NCBI RefSeq assembly: GCF_009914755.1
Contig: NC_060933.1
DNA: 64,000 nucleotides
Reading direction: 5' to 3' (one strand)
Origin: the human T2T-CHM13v2.0 reference genome, Homo sapiens
The translations under genes and the position numbers were made by a program. Below the pieces are notes generated by a model, which did no database searches, was not told the DNA's origin, and saw nothing but the letters and a program-made list of their open reading frames with translations. This document shows positions 13,880 to 29,251 of this stretch, one piece after another (positions within the stretch are counted from its first letter, which is position 1; each line of letters begins with the position of its first letter).

Positions 13880-14200
13880 ACAAGGAACTGTTGAAGGAGC
13901 TGAGGATGTTTGATTTGGGGCAAAGGAGACTGAAAGGCTGAAAGATTTCTATGTTTGAATCCAGAAAAGGAGCTGATTTATTCTGGGCGGTGGTGGTAGG
14001 AGTGGCCAGAGGGCAGCATTGGTGTGGAGGACTCAAGCTGCAGACGAGTGGAATTCAGCTTTATGTAAAGAAACTTTCTAACAATAAGATGGGTCCAACA
14101 GGGAATGACAGAACATAAGAGGCCAGATGACTTCTTGGCACTGGGACCGTAGAGAAGATTCAAACGTTTTGGATGATGTGGACATTTACTTCCTTCCATT
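13880..14200 (+). mobile_element. L3/CR1 3'-end remnant
   Basis: ttgaaggagctgaggatgtttgatttggggcaaaggagactga...aaagaaactttctaacaataaga resembles CR1/L3 3' ends. Confidence 0.55.
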
Positions 14201-15409
14201 AGCCCAGCAATCCAGAGGCTAACATTAAAACCATTAGCAGGTCATTCTCTTGACTTTAAACTCTCCTGCTCAGACCTTGCTGAGTCAGGGAGCACTTTTA
14301 ATGGCTTGGTTGATGTAGGCATTTGTTTAGTCTTTGGGGATCCCTGGATGAAGGTACCTGCCTACTCACAGTCCAGATATATAACACAAATTAATTCTCT
14401 TAATTAGAACCATGTATGTTTATAGAAACCAATTAGCTAAATTATATTTGGCAGCAGTTTCTTAAAAAGTAACCACTGTAGTTTGAAGACCTTCAAAAGG
14501 CGTGGAAAGGCTCGATGGCCTTCGGTCCTATGGATATGTTCGAGATCCCTGACAACTCTGCAATCATGTGGAAACTATAAGAATGTAGAGGTCAGACATT
14601 GTGCCTCTTCCAGTGCTGTGCTTACTTCAGGATTTCCAACTACTCTAGGTAATGTGGGGCTTTGAATTTTGAGACAGACTGCAACAGATACCATCTTGCC
14701 TGGCTCTTAGATCTAGTGGAGACCTCAGATTGCATGAATGGAAGGAACTGTAGAAGTCATCTGCTCCATGTATTCCATGGATGTGTCCCTCTACGTCATC
14801 CTCGTGTCCCTTCTGCTATATTCATGCAGTTTATGCAGGCTCCCCTGGAATACCTTCAGCGTCCAAGATCTTAACAATTCTTGAGGAAACTCATTCCATG
14901 CTGGGATCTACCAGGAACATGAATTTCTTGCCTTAGTCTGAGCTGGAGTCCCCCACGCTGTGGCATTTCCCCGTTAATCCTGTCTCTAAATTCCAGAATC
15001 ATGTGGAATATGTGTCTTCCACATGGTGGCCCTTAGGCTCTTTGTGAACCATGATCGTGTGGGCCACCCCCAAGTTTTTATTTAATAAACATTCTTTGAT
15101 TTTTCAGTGTGTTTTCATATGACTTGCTTTTAAATCTCCTTTCCTAGACCCCATAGGAAAGCGTGATGCTCAGACATAAGACAGACCAAGTTAATATCAA
15201 TATCCTAGAATTTCCAACGGACTCGATCCTAGAGGGGGCCCAACTGGGGCAGTTGATATTTGAAAACAATATCCCATGGCTTTTGCTAGACATTTGTTCT
15301 TCTGTCTTCTGTGTTTAGTCTCTGTTTTGTCAGGACACTATAACCTACATTCTTGATCCTCCATGGTAAGTCTCAAAGAAATATGATGTTATTTTGTGTT
15401 CTTGGCAAA

Positions 15410-18400
15410 GGAACATTAAATAATCCTTATTATAAAAGAGCTTTTACAAATTGGCGACAAGAAGGCAAACATTCCAGCAGAAAAATAAGGAAAAATCAGA
15501 AACAGTAAAGTAATAAGAAGTAAATATAAATGGCCAAGAGCACATGAAAAATGTTGAGCTGTGCTAGTAATCAAATAACTTCCAATCACAGCTGTGATGA
15601 GTTCTGATCTGGAAAGATATACAGGATACATTTGCAGGTTAAAAAATACAAAGTGCAGACTACTGAGTATAACATTCTATTTTTGTAGAAAAGATGTATT
15701 AATATACATGATATAGGTCTCTATTAATTCAGGACAAAGATAGTATGAATACATACCAAATTGTTAACTGTGTTAACCTCTAGGGGAATGAGTTGGATGC
15801 TTGAAGTAGGATGCTTATTTTATGTAATTTTCAATGTGATGGATTTATGTGTGATATTTAATTTTTAAAATATTTTCCTATATATACAAGAAATATATTT
15901 TTATATGGGAAACATATATACAAGTATATACATTTCCTATTTACAAATATATATTTAATTATATATAAATATATATTTAAGCCAATAATTGAATGCTACT
16001 TTCAATCCCATTAACAAATATTTTAACAAATGACAATGTCTAGTTTTTATAAGAATATGGAGGATAATTTACTTTTGTCTTCTGTATTTTTCAAAATATA
16101 AATCTTTAAGTCAATAATTTCCATCCTACTGGCAAATTTTTTTTAAGTGATAATATTCAAAAGGTCTGTCCTGGCAGGAGTGCAAATTGGTAACTTCTTG
16201 GAGGCAATTTGACAATATACATCCAAATTCTTAAAAGTGAACATATGTTTATGTCCAATAATTTCACTTCTAGGAATTTATCCCCCCAAAAATATCTGGG
16301 AAGTAGCCATTTGCCATGAATAAAGATTTTTATTGTAAAGCTTTCATAATAGTGAAAAATTGGAAACATCACAAATGTCCAATGATAGATTTATTAAATA
16401 AATTATGGTATGATCAGAGAAAATAATACCATATAACCATTTTAAATGATGGTGTAAATGCTTAAATATTAATATGCAATGATGTTTATGAAATCATAAG
16501 TGGGAAGATGTAATTTTAATTAAGAAACATCTATACATGTGTAAGCATGAAAAATGATGAAAAATTAACTTGCTAATTGGGAGGTAGTGATTGTAGCTAA
16601 TTGTAAGTGATTTTATTTTCATTATATTTTTCTGTGTATGTTATTAGAAGAATATATTACTTCGGTTTTTAAAACTAAGTTAAACATTATTAAAAATCAT
16701 TTAATAAAATAGTATTAAGGGTTTATAATAGAAATCAGCATTTCCTGCCCCACTCCTCCTCACCCTTGAATTTCTCTTCTTAGAAGCTCTTTCAACTCTT
16801 CTAGCCATTTCCTCTGGTATTTTCCTGCATATTTCTTAGAAATATGCTTGCATTCTTATTTTCTAATGTATTAATTTTGGACATTATCTAATTATTATGA
16901 TAAATGAGGATTTAGCTCTTAGGCTACTGCACTTGCTTCCCTTCACCATATCGTTCCAATATCATTACATCACTGTCCTTTAGAAACCATTTTTCAGTGT
17001 TTACATTATCATGACAATGTAAATATTGTTCATTGTTGAGCCAAGCAGTGAACTATAATTTTATTTTCTTATACAACTTTTTATTTTCCTTGGATTTCAT
17101 AATTCCCTCTGTTTTTGATCTGCTTAGTTTTTCATGTACTTATTGCTAATTCTCCCATACCCTCCAACAGCCTCTCAGTGAAATTTTCTACACAAACACA
17201 TCAGATAACTTATCCATTTCTATTTCTTTTCCCTAAGACCTCTGTCTTCATGCATCTCAACAGTTGCTCTCTAGGTCTTTTATACAGGTGTTACCTTAAT
17301 GCATGCCTTCACAGTCATCCGTGATGCTTATTTTGCCTCTTATCTATATTCCATCCCTAATATGCTGGATCTCATTTCTTTTGTCCTTACTTCCTTGTTT
17401 TGGAGGAGCACATCCTCTGTCAGCATCCTGAGAAAGGATGTGTGAAAGGTAAATTTTTAGAGACCTGAACATCTAAAAATGTCTTTTGTACTTGATTGGT
17501 AGTTTGATAGGGTATCGAATTCTAGACTGGGAATGCTTTTCCCTAAAAAATTTGAGAACTTCAATGGCTCCCAGCTTCCATTGTTATTACTGAGAAGTTT
17601 AGTGCCATTTTTAATTTCATTTGTTTGTATGTAATCTTTTTTTTTCCTCTCTGGAAGTTTAGAAGATATTTTCTGTTTCTAGTTTCTGAAATTTTACAAT
17701 GTTGTTACTTGATGTGGGTCTTTTTTCATTCACTAGGGTGGGCAATTAGTATATATTCTTAATTTGAAAATTTAAGTTCTTCAAGAAATTTTTATTGAAT
17801 TATTTGGCAGTTTCCTTACCTCCATTTCCTTTATTTTCTACTTCTGGAACTTCTGTTAGATGAATATTACACTTCCTGGACAGGTACTGTACACTTATTG
17901 TCTTTTATGTTTTCTCTGTCTTTGGCTTTGGTTACTCTTCCTACAGTCTTTCATTGACTTTATTTTTCTGTTTTTATTAATAATTGAATTTTTTATTCTA
18001 GCTGCCTTATTTTTAATTTCCAAATGTTCGTTCTTATTCTCTGATAGTTTATTTTTAAAAAATCCTCTTCTTGTTTCATGAATATAATACTTTATCTTTT
18101 TGAAGATTTAAGTTATAGATTGAAATTTTTTTTCTTCTGTTTTCTACATTGTCTCTGTTTCTTCTGAATTTTTCTGTTTGTTTTGGTCTGTTTTTTATAA
18201 TGCATGCTTTCCTTAGATATTTATTGATAAGTAAGAGTAAAGCAGTAAAACAAATAATTGGAAACTTTGTATGATGGGTCTGGCTCATTGATTAATACAT
18301 TTCAATGCAAGATGATCTGGCAGCAAGTTACCTTTTCCCTGCAGGGATCCCGAAAATGTCAATATCTGAAGGTCTTTTCTCTGGTGCTATTCAGTCCTCC
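15410..18400. mobile_element. Degraded old L1 (L1ME-like) fragments in both orientations
   Basis: AT-rich, with L1 3'-region motifs (ggaggcaatttgacaata..., atttcacttctaggaatttatccc, aattggaaacatcacaaatgtccaa). Boundaries approximate. Confidence 0.55.
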
Positions 18401-18433
18401 AGAGAAGGATTCTCTAATCTTTTGCTTGGGACA

Positions 18434-18804
18434 TGTCTTAGTCTGTTTTGTGTTGCTATATAATATCACAGACTGGGTAATTTATGAAGAGAAGAAATTT
18501 ATTTCTCACAATTCTGGAGGCTGGAAAGTCTAATATTGAGGTGCTGGTATCTGGTAAGGGCCTTCTTGCTGTATCATCCCATGGAAGAAGGTGGAAGGGC
18601 AAAAGAGCACACAAGAGAGTGTGGAAAGAGGCCAAAGTTATCCTTTTATCAGGAACTCACACCCACAGTAATGGCAGTAATTCATTCATGAGGACACAGC
18701 CTGCATGACCTAATCACCTCTTATAAGTTTCACCTCTCAACTCTGTTGCAATGGAAATTAAGTTTTCAACACATGAACTTCAGGAACACATTCAAACCAT
18801 AGCA
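18434..18804 (-). mobile_element. Solo MaLR LTR (MLT1A/MST family)
   Basis: tgtcttagtctgttttgtgttgct...cattcaaaccatagca termini. Near-TSD ggaca / ggata. Confidence 0.85.
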
Positions 18805-19337
18805 GGATATAAAGTACTCGCTGACAGTATTCAGAGAACTGGGCACAGGAAGAGGTCTTGTCATTCAGTTAGAAGAGTTTTACTTACTTCTTCTATTTTA
18901 ATTCCTGTACCGTCTATTGTGCCTAGTCTCCCCAAGCTTCTCTTGTTCGTTTTCTCCAGAAAATAAGCCTCTTATCTTCAGTAGGATGGGAAAGAGATAG
19001 TTGTCTAGGTAGGTATTTCCATATTTTCAACCTTATGCTCATCCTTGCTTTCTCCTGTACTTACTGCCCCTAATTCCTGAGCCACTGGGCAAATCAGCAC
19101 CCCTAGATTGGATCATGGTACAGAAAAAGCACATTAGTGAAAAACTGGTAAAATTTGAACATAGTCTATAGTTCAGTTAATAATATCGTACCAATGTTAA
19201 TTTCTTAATTTTTACAAAGGTAAAATAATTATGTAAGATGTTAATATTAGGGAAAGCTGAATGAAGGGATATGGGAACCCTATATTATCTTTGCAAACTT
19301 TTTATACATCTAAAAGTGTTCCAAGATAATTTTTTTA

Positions 19338-19817
<480 letters not shown>

Positions 19818-20370
19818 TTAAGCACACAATACAGTAACTATCTTTTTTATAAGCTAGTGTTGAATTATGTAAGTGAAATACTTATTCAAAAATTAAGTAT
19901 AAAAGATTGAACAAAAGCAGCAGCGCTCAGAGGAATCTGCACAATGTGATGAAGAATGCTTCCATGTCCATGGGGTTCCTGATGCAGGCAAAACTGAACC
20001 GCATTGTCCAGGGTTGCACACATAGTTGGGAGAGGGAAGGACGGTGTCACATGGTAAGGTGTATCTCTTCCTATGGGTCACAGTCACAAAGTTTGAGAAA
20101 CGTTATCTATTTTACTCTCTCATCCTTATGTTTAACTGTTTAAGATACAAACCCAGTCTGTTTGCTGCAAGATTGAGGGTTGCTAAAGTTGTTCACTCTG
20201 TGAACATTGAGCACCTGTTTATGTTGATTTTAGACTAAGGGAGAACACTAGTTATTCGATTAGCATGTCTTATAATGGGCAAATAAAGGAAGCATCGTCC
20301 TGATTTATCAAAATCCTCTTTAGAGTATTTTGGTTAGCATCTTAAGAACACTCTTCTTCCTTTTAGGTAA

Positions 20371-20471
20371 ATGGAAGAGCTGGAGACCAGTTTATTCCAG
20401 ACACGGAAAGCACATAGAATAGAACAAATGGTGGCAAGATGGCTTCGGCGCTCCCGGGACAGCTCGGCCCG
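20371..20471 (+). CDS. FRMPD1: FRMPD1 first coding exon (exon 2; exon begins 20367): MEELETSLFQTRKAHRIEQMVARWLRRSRDSSA
   Basis: Acceptor ttccttttag at 20366, in-frame TAA directly before the ATG, donor CG|gtaagc. Recognised FRMPD1 N-terminus. 101 coding nt, phase 2. Confidence 0.95.
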
Positions 20472-20669
20472 GTAAGCCTCCTGAGTTTGCAGATTTCTGT
20501 CTATAAAGGTCTGGTGTCCCGGGGGAGGAGCTTGTGCTGGTCCTGGCCGCACCTTGGGATTGCTGTCTCCGGCTTGCTTTGTTCTTACACCATATGGTGG
20601 GAGCAGTGTAAACAGGTCAGCAATTTTGCTGGAGTGCTTTTCCCTGTACCCTACCCCCAACATGTACCT

Positions 20670-20875
20670 ACACACACACAGAGACACCCCAACTCACACA
20701 CACTTACAACATTTACAAACACACTGACACACAGACATACACACAGAAATACACTCATACATACTCATACGCACATGCATATACACTCTCTGGAGCACAC
20801 ACTCATACATACACTCTTTTGATCTCTCTCTCTCTGACACACACACAGACACACACACACATAGAGACACACACC
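20670..20875. repeat. Degenerate (CA)n/(CT)n low-complexity tract
   Basis: Interrupted cacacacac runs. Confidence 0.85.
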
Positions 20876-22159
20876 TCTTGTCTTAGTACTTGACATGAAG
20901 GTCAGGTAATCTGCCGTTTATATTCTTTCTGTGTCTTCTGTGTCTTTCTGTGTCTTCGTTTCCAGCAGCTGTTCCTTCCTTGCAGTCCCTATGTCATTCT
21001 AAACAAAATAAAATGAAATCAAATACAGATCTGATTTGACTGCTACAGGAGAACTTTCAAATATGTTCTGTTTCGAAGCGTTCATTTTTGCTTGGATTTC
21101 CCATCTGGCCCTGCCACAGAGATGAAATATCACGTGTCAGGTGTTTCTGAGACACACATTCTTCCAAAGGAACTGGAAACAGCTGTTCTGCTGCTGAGTA
21201 ATAAACTTTGCTCAGGGCTCCACTGCCCTGTGGCCAAGTTCTCTGATCCTCACACACCAAGGTCAGATAAAATGGGGCTCCCTTTTACAGATGAAACACC
21301 TAAGGCTCATAGAGTGACTTGTTTAGGACCACTCTTACCCAATGCTCAGAAAGCTTGGATGGGTCCCCATTTATTATAGGAGGAAGCTTAAACATTTTTG
21401 GTCTGACGTTTCAAGCTGCAATCCTTTCCAGCTATTTGTCTTACTACTCTGCTTCCTTCACAGTATGCTCCAGCTAAAGGGAACACTTATTATTCTACTA
21501 CAAGCACCCTCTCTTCTCTTTCACCCCTTGGACCTGGGCTCCTGGGCCATATCCCTTCCTCCCATCTCCATGTGGCCAGAACCCCCCGCAGCTTAAGGCT
21601 TGGCTGAAGTGCTGGGTCTTCCATGAAGCCTTCCTCTGTCTAGAGTCAGGATGAATTTCTCCATAGGACCCCGTAGTATTTTATTTGTAGCATTGGCATT
21701 GTGCTCCCCCTGGTGCATTCAACTTTTCGAGCCCATTCATTTCCTTTCTCCTAGACCTGCCTTCTGTGAGGTCCGGGAAAGTATTGGCTTCATCTCTATG
21801 GCCCAAAAGTGATTGTCTTGCATGAGTGTTGTAGGTGGTCAGGTAGTGCCTGATGAATGAATGGAAAAACTGCTAAGCACATTGTTTCCCACAGTGGGGT
21901 CTGCAAAACCTAGTCCTGTGTGATGCTGCTCCATTAAAAGAGATTCTGTGGCCATACATGTTTGGGAAATGATGCATCCTATATCCTACTTCTGCCTTCC
22001 CCGACTTGGTGATTTATTATACACATTATGCATGTAATACAGATTAAAGGCTCTGAGAAGTCTCGCAGAAAAAGAGACCTGTTTAACTTGATGTTGCCTG
22101 GATATTTGACCTTGGAACCCTCTTAACATCTTGCCTTCTCACAGACTGTAAATGAAAGG

Positions 22160-22739
22160 TGACAACCATCACTGCTATCTAATTTTAGAATATTTTCAAT
22201 ACTATAAAAAGAAACCCTGTGCCCTTTAGCAGTCACTTCCTATTCTCCCCTCTGCCAGTCCCAGGTAACCACTAATTTACTTTCTTTTATTCTTTTTTGA
22301 GACAGAGTCTCACTCTGTTGCCCAGGACGGAGTGCAGTGGTGTGATCTCAGCTCACCTGCAGCCTCTGCCTTCTGCCTCGTGTCTCAGCCTCCCGTGTAG
22401 CTGGGACTGCAGGCGCGTGCCACCATGCTACTGTCTATCTCTATAGATTTGCCTATCCTGGATATTTCACATAAATGGAATTATACAGTATGTGATCTTT
22501 TGTGACTGGCTTCTTTCGCTTAGCATAATATATTATTTTACTTACCATAATGTGTTCTTCTTTTGCTTATCTTCTTTTGCTTATCATACTGACATGGATC
22601 AGTATGACATGTCATAGTGTGGATTGGTATTTCATTCTTTTTTATTGTCAAATAATATTCCATTATGGAATATTTTCTTTGTTCATTCATCAGTTGATTT
22701 AACATAAACATTTGGGTTGATATATAAAGCCAAATAAGA

Positions 22740-22782
<43 letters not shown>

Positions 22783-23165
22783 TGTCTGTGATGTGAACAT
22801 TTGAGTTGTTTTTACTTTTGGGCCATTATGAATAATGCTGCTATGAACAATTGTGTAAAAGTTTTTGTTTGAACACATATTTTCAGTTCTCCTGAGTATA
22901 TACTTAGGAGTGGAATAGTTGGGCCACATAACAACTCTGTGTTTAGTCTTTTGAGGAACTGTCAGACTGTTTCCCAGAGTGGCCATACCATTCTACATTT
23001 CCACCAGCAGTATGTGAGAGTTTCAGTGCCTCTACATCTTTGCCAACACTTGCTGTTATCTCTTTTATTGTAGCCATCCTAGTGGGTGTGGAATGTTGTC
23101 TCATTGTGGTTTTTATCTGCATTTCCTTGGTGGTTAATGATATTAAACATCTTCCCATGTGTCTA
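22160..23165 (-). mobile_element. L1MB-like fragment containing an Alu fragment (about 22292-22430) and a (GATA)n
   Basis: L1 motifs ttgaggaactgtcagactgtt...cattctacatttccaccagcagtatg...ctcattgtggttttt. Confidence 0.8.
22740..22782. repeat. (GATA)n tetranucleotide STR, about 10 units
   Basis: tagatagatagata... read directly. Confidence 0.97.
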
Positions 23166-23379
23166 GGGAGTTTTGCTTTCCAAGTGCTTGAGAAAGAGAA
23201 AAACAAAGAGAGAAAGTTTCCTGTCACTGCCCATGGAAGACATAATTTCCATGTTTCTAGGATAAATCATTTGTAGCCTTGTGTGAATTTCTTCTCATCT
23301 GTAATCTTTGGTGTCCTCAGATTACTAGAAAATGATCAATAACTGAAAAAGCTGAGTGAGGGGTAAATAATTTCATTTC

Positions 23380-24210
23380 CTAGGAATAGACTAAATGGTA
23401 CCACCTACCACCTTGTTGCCTGGTCAAGAAACCTGAGCATCATCCTGATTCCTTGAATCCCCTGCATCCACCCCATCAGCAGCTCCTATCAGTTTGCCTT
23501 CAGAACTGTCCACCTCTCTCTCCCTGGGACCCCCGCAAGGATCACTCACTTGCTTTTTCCCTGTTGCAGCAGATTCTCTACTCTGCAGCTATAGTGGACT
23601 TTTCGAAATGTAAAATGTTCCTGTCCCATGCTAGCTCCCAGCTCGACCCCACCCCAAACCATTCAGTGGCTCACCTACCATTTTGCCATGACCTACAAGT
23701 CTCTTCACAATCTCTCACCAGCCCAACTGTCCAGCCTCACCTTGTTCCTCTTCTTTCCTTGCTCACCGTTCTCCATTGTTTTGCTTTTTTTTTTTTTTTT
23801 TTTTTTTTAATATCTAGAAGTCATCGAGCTCTTTCCTATCTCAGGGATTTTGCACTTGCTGTTCAGTTGGCCTGGAAAGTTCTTTTACTTCCTGTTTTTA
23901 TGACAGGTCCTTCTTCATCAGGTTAAATTTAAACATCACCTTCTTTAAGAGGCCTTTCCTGACCACCCAAGGCACAGGGAGTCCATTCTCTTGCTTGTTT
24001 CCTCCAGGGTACTTACCTGCTCATCACGCTTTATAATTATGTATATATTTATTTACCTGTTCATTATCACCTCTGCCATCATATGGCTTTTCTCCCCCAA
24101 CCTTCCTCTCATATATGAGACCAGGGACCCTGACTGTTTTGTTTCACAAAGTATCGTCAGCCCTAACAGAGTCCATAGTATGTAACGGACATTCAATAAA
24201 TTTTTACTGA
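23380..24210 (-). mobile_element. L2 LINE remnant
   Basis: agaaacctgagcatcatcctga...ctcagggattttgcacttgctgttc...cattcaataaat L2 motifs. Confidence 0.65.
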
Positions 24211-25050
24211 TTAAGGGCTTTTATAGTAGGGGACTGTATTATTCATTGAAATATATTTAAAATGCCCATCCCTCCTTCTTCCAAAAGGAATTTTTAATGA
24301 TTACAGTTTTAAAACATGTGGGAAAATTAAATAAGAAGTGTTAGAAATAGATTGCAAACCAATGAGACTAAGGATTTAGCATTTGAATACTAACATTAGC
24401 CCTGAATTTCCTGGTAGCTGGGGCAAGAAATCAAGGAAGTGTATTGAAATGTCCTCTATAGTGCAGAAGGAAGAAACACAGATATGCATCTGTAGTCACA
24501 TAATTTTACATGCATATTTTAGCAATTCTGTTTTTTTCTGACTTTTAAAAACTCAGTCGTTTCAGCCAGTTGTACTTGCTTTACTTGTCTTTGGCATTTT
24601 TTTCCCATAAAATTTAAACTCTATCTGTGGCTCTAAGTGAGTTGTCTAGGAGTAAATTAGTCAAAAATAACCATTTCCATTTCCAGGCATTACTAAACAA
24701 ATTGATAACTTTTATACACACAGAGTAATGTTAGAGCTTTATAGAGAATCTTAAACAGGTATTTTACTGAGGAATAGTGTCAACTTTCAAAGTTCCTGTG
24801 ATTTCTTAAATTTTAGATTAATTTTCAGTAGGTGGTTATTGTTACAATCATTAGTCAAATTCAGTTGGTAGCCCTTAGTTTGAATGAGTGTCCCTGTTTG
24901 GGTAGGAGTAAACTGGTGAGACCTATAGTTACAGGAATGGGAAATTGTGCAGATATGATAAGGATGACTCCTCTGTTACCACTCGATTTCATATTCCAAC
25001 AGAAAAATAACATTTACAGTATCAATGTTCTTTTAGAAATAGCTAACCTC

Positions 25051-25424
<374 letters not shown>

Positions 25425-25568
25425 TTACATCATAAACTAATTAATTTTTAACCTTTTGCTTTCAATCAAATTGTCATCTTCTTTATAGCTTCGTATGACT
25501 ACAGAAGTGATAAAATGACAAAGATTTGATGATAGTATATTTTTCCACTTAATATTACCAGTTCTTCG

Positions 25569-25857
25569 GCTGGGCGTGGTGGCTCACGCCTGTAATCCCA
25601 GCACTTTGGGAAGCCAAGATGGGCAGATCACAAGGTCAGGAGTTCGAGACCAGCCTGGCCAACATAGTGAAACCCCGTCTCTACTAAAAATACGAAAATT
25701 AGCTGGGCATTGTGGCGCGTGCCTCTAGTCCCAGCTACTTGGAAGGCTGAGGCAGGAGAATCTCTTGAACCTGGGAGGCAGAGGTTGTGTGAGCCAAGAT
25801 CGTGCCACTGCACTCCAGCCTGGGCAATGGAGTGAGACTCTGTCTTAAAAAAAATAA
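25569..25857 (+). mobile_element. Alu (AluS-type)
   Basis: Full dimer with A-tail. Confidence 0.93.
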
Positions 25858-26263
25858 TAATACCAATTTACATAGTTAAATGGGATTCTTTTCCTTCGCA
25901 ATTTCTTTCATTGCTTCTAAGCTTACAAAAATCTTCATCCAATACAAGTTTTTCAATTCAATTTAATAGCTTAAAATGTTTATATTTAATTCTTTAAGTT
26001 GGAGTTTATTTTAGTATATGCTAGGAGATGACGATCTAACTGGATTTTTTTTCCAAATTAGTAAGTAGTCATTCATATTACCATTAATTGTGAGTGATCT
26101 TTGCCTTCTTGATTCATTCTTTACTGACCCCTCCTTTATTGTATGTGAAATTCTGGCGTCTGTGAGTGGGAGATTGGACCTGTTTCTGGGCTGGCTATTC
26201 TGTTCCATTGATGTAACTGCCTACTTTTACACAGCTGTATTAAAATTACTTACGTTACAATAG

Positions 26264-26893
<630 letters not shown>

Positions 26894-27043
26894 TCATTAC
26901 CTATTAAACTAAGCTTTTATTACTCTTCATTTTCAGTGCTTTTAGTCTTACCCACCTATTCCGTCATATGAAGTTTAGAATCATTTTATTATACTATTAA
27001 AACAAATAAGCATGAGATTTACTGAATTCTCTCTGTCTCTCTC

Positions 27044-27342
27044 TTTTTTTTTTTTTTTTTTGAGATAGGGTCTTGCTCTGTTGCCCAGGCTGGAGTACAG
27101 TGTTGTGATCTTGGCTCACTGCAACTGGCACCTCCCGGGTTCAAGTGATTCTCGTGCCTCAGCCTCCTGAGTAGCTGGAATTACAGGCATGCGCCACCAC
27201 GCCTAGCTAATTTTTGTATTTTTGGAAGATACGGGGTTTCACCATGTTGCCCAGGCTGGTCTTGAACTCCTGATCTGAAGTGATCTGCCCGCCTCAGCCT
27301 CCCAAAGTGTTAGGATTACAGGCATGAGCCACCGCACCCCAC
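27044..27342 (-). mobile_element. Alu (AluS-type)
   Basis: T-tail. TSD-like agatttactgaattctct / agatttactaaattctct. Confidence 0.93.
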
Positions 27343-29196
27343 CAAGATTTACTAAATTCTCTTATGCTTAATCTAGAAATGTTAGTTTTATAGAGCGAGA
27401 TCTAAAGAAGCATAAAGAACTTAATGTGACATCGTGCTTTCTTCACTGCTTGGTTGTATCCTCAGGGCTTGAAAAGATATTTCTTTTAACTTGTCTTGAA
27501 TGTTAATACTAATGAACATACATGCATGTCTACACACACAATGACACAAGGCACATACATGCATACATGTGTACACACCCATGCATGTATGCACACAGGC
27601 ACACACATGCACATGTATGCATGCACGCGCACACACACACACATATACACACATTTTGGCATCTTAGTGTCAGAAGCCCTTGCTGCTGGTTTTACACACT
27701 TTCCAAACTTACTTGGTTATTACAACTATAAGCAGTCTATTTACTAATTTTAAGAATGGTTTTGTTAAAACCTTTCTAATTCTGTTGACCTTTCTAATAC
27801 TATTAATGGTGTAGAAAGACCCTTTTAGGCAACAATTTTTTTTTATTGTGTCTTGACCCATAGGCAAAAGTAGAGAGATTTGAGGGTAGTCTGGAAGGCT
27901 CCTGGACTGCATCTGCAGAGTTGCCATTATTTCCTGAATCCTGTTTTTAAAGTAATAATGGAAGAATTTCTCCTTTCAACTGTAGGAGCACTACCCTCAC
28001 AATCTCCACAGTGAATGGCCCCCTAGAAACTGTTACAACCACAAGTGCATTCCTATGATTGTGATTACATGCTACATTTCCTTCTGGTACAGACTGATGC
28101 CTCTATTTCTGGTTTCTTTGAATCGTCTTTACGTTATGAAATCCAGTTTATACCAGATTTAGCTTTTAAAATCACTCAAGCTGAACATAATAAAGTGTTT
28201 AAACATAGATTCAAAATTGTTTCTCCACATCCTGCTGGAACTTGGAGGTGAATTCTTTGTTGTTACAGGATAGAGGTAGAATACATTTTCCAACATATCA
28301 GAGAGCAGATAAAAAGCCAGAGAATATGTGAAGTGCAATCAGTATCCATCTGGTAGTTTTCCTTTTCAGTGTTATTAACCAGCTCAGTATAAACTTGTGA
28401 GCTATGAAAAGTAGAATTCATCTATGTGAGACTGTTTTCATGATAAATGTAACATGTTTGTTCTGGTTCTACCTTAGGGGAGATCCAGTTATCTGGCAGG
28501 AATTTCATTAGTGTAACTATAGGGCTTCTGTTCTTCCAGTGTAAGATCACAGAAATGACCTCACATTTATGGTTTGAAACGATTACAAAGGCAGCAGAAA
28601 CATGTTTTGAGATCAGTGCTTAGTTTGATATTTATAAGATGCTTCAGAGGAGGAAATGTTGTTACAGAGATCATTTCCTTTAGCTTACTGTCAATATTAA
28701 ATGTTCTCTATGAGGAGCGGCCATGGTTTGGTCATGTACTTAGGTTAATCCCTTTCCAAACAAAAGCTAGAACATGGCCTTTGGGGAAAATGTCAAATCC
28801 AGACTTTGGGCCAAAGCCACTGACACTGTCCAGGGATTAGTCAATACAGTGCAATGTCATTTGTCCACCATTGTGGAGGACCGCACTCTGCCAAGTGGAA
28901 GATAACGGAGCCTGCCCATTTGAAAAGCATCAAAATGGATTCTGTTGAAACCCTGTAGTAAGGTTTGTTCTTTCTTTTGTTCTCCAAACAATTATTAACC
29001 CTACTGTATGGCTGGTACTGAGTTCAGCACATGGGACAAGAAATATGTGGTTCTTGCTACACAAACTAGTCCAGAGAGGACAAGAGACTTTGCACTGGTC
29101 TGTAGGTACATTTTGTAGGAGATATTTCCACCAAAATCAGAAGACTGAGTAGGAGTTGGGCAGGTAGACAGCATGATTGGATATGTTGGGGAAATT

Positions 29197-29251
29197 GTGT
29201 GTGTGTGTGTGCGTGTGTGTGCATGTACGTGTGTGTGTGTGTGTGTGTGTG
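29197..29251. repeat. Interrupted (TG)n microsatellite inside an L2 remnant
   Basis: tgtgtgtg... read directly. Confidence 0.93.

Noticed and set aside
28840-28970. Possible cryptic exon or small RNA ending at gtaagg/gtttgt
   Set aside because: No convincing acceptor, frame or RNA motif. Cannot be supported without expression data.
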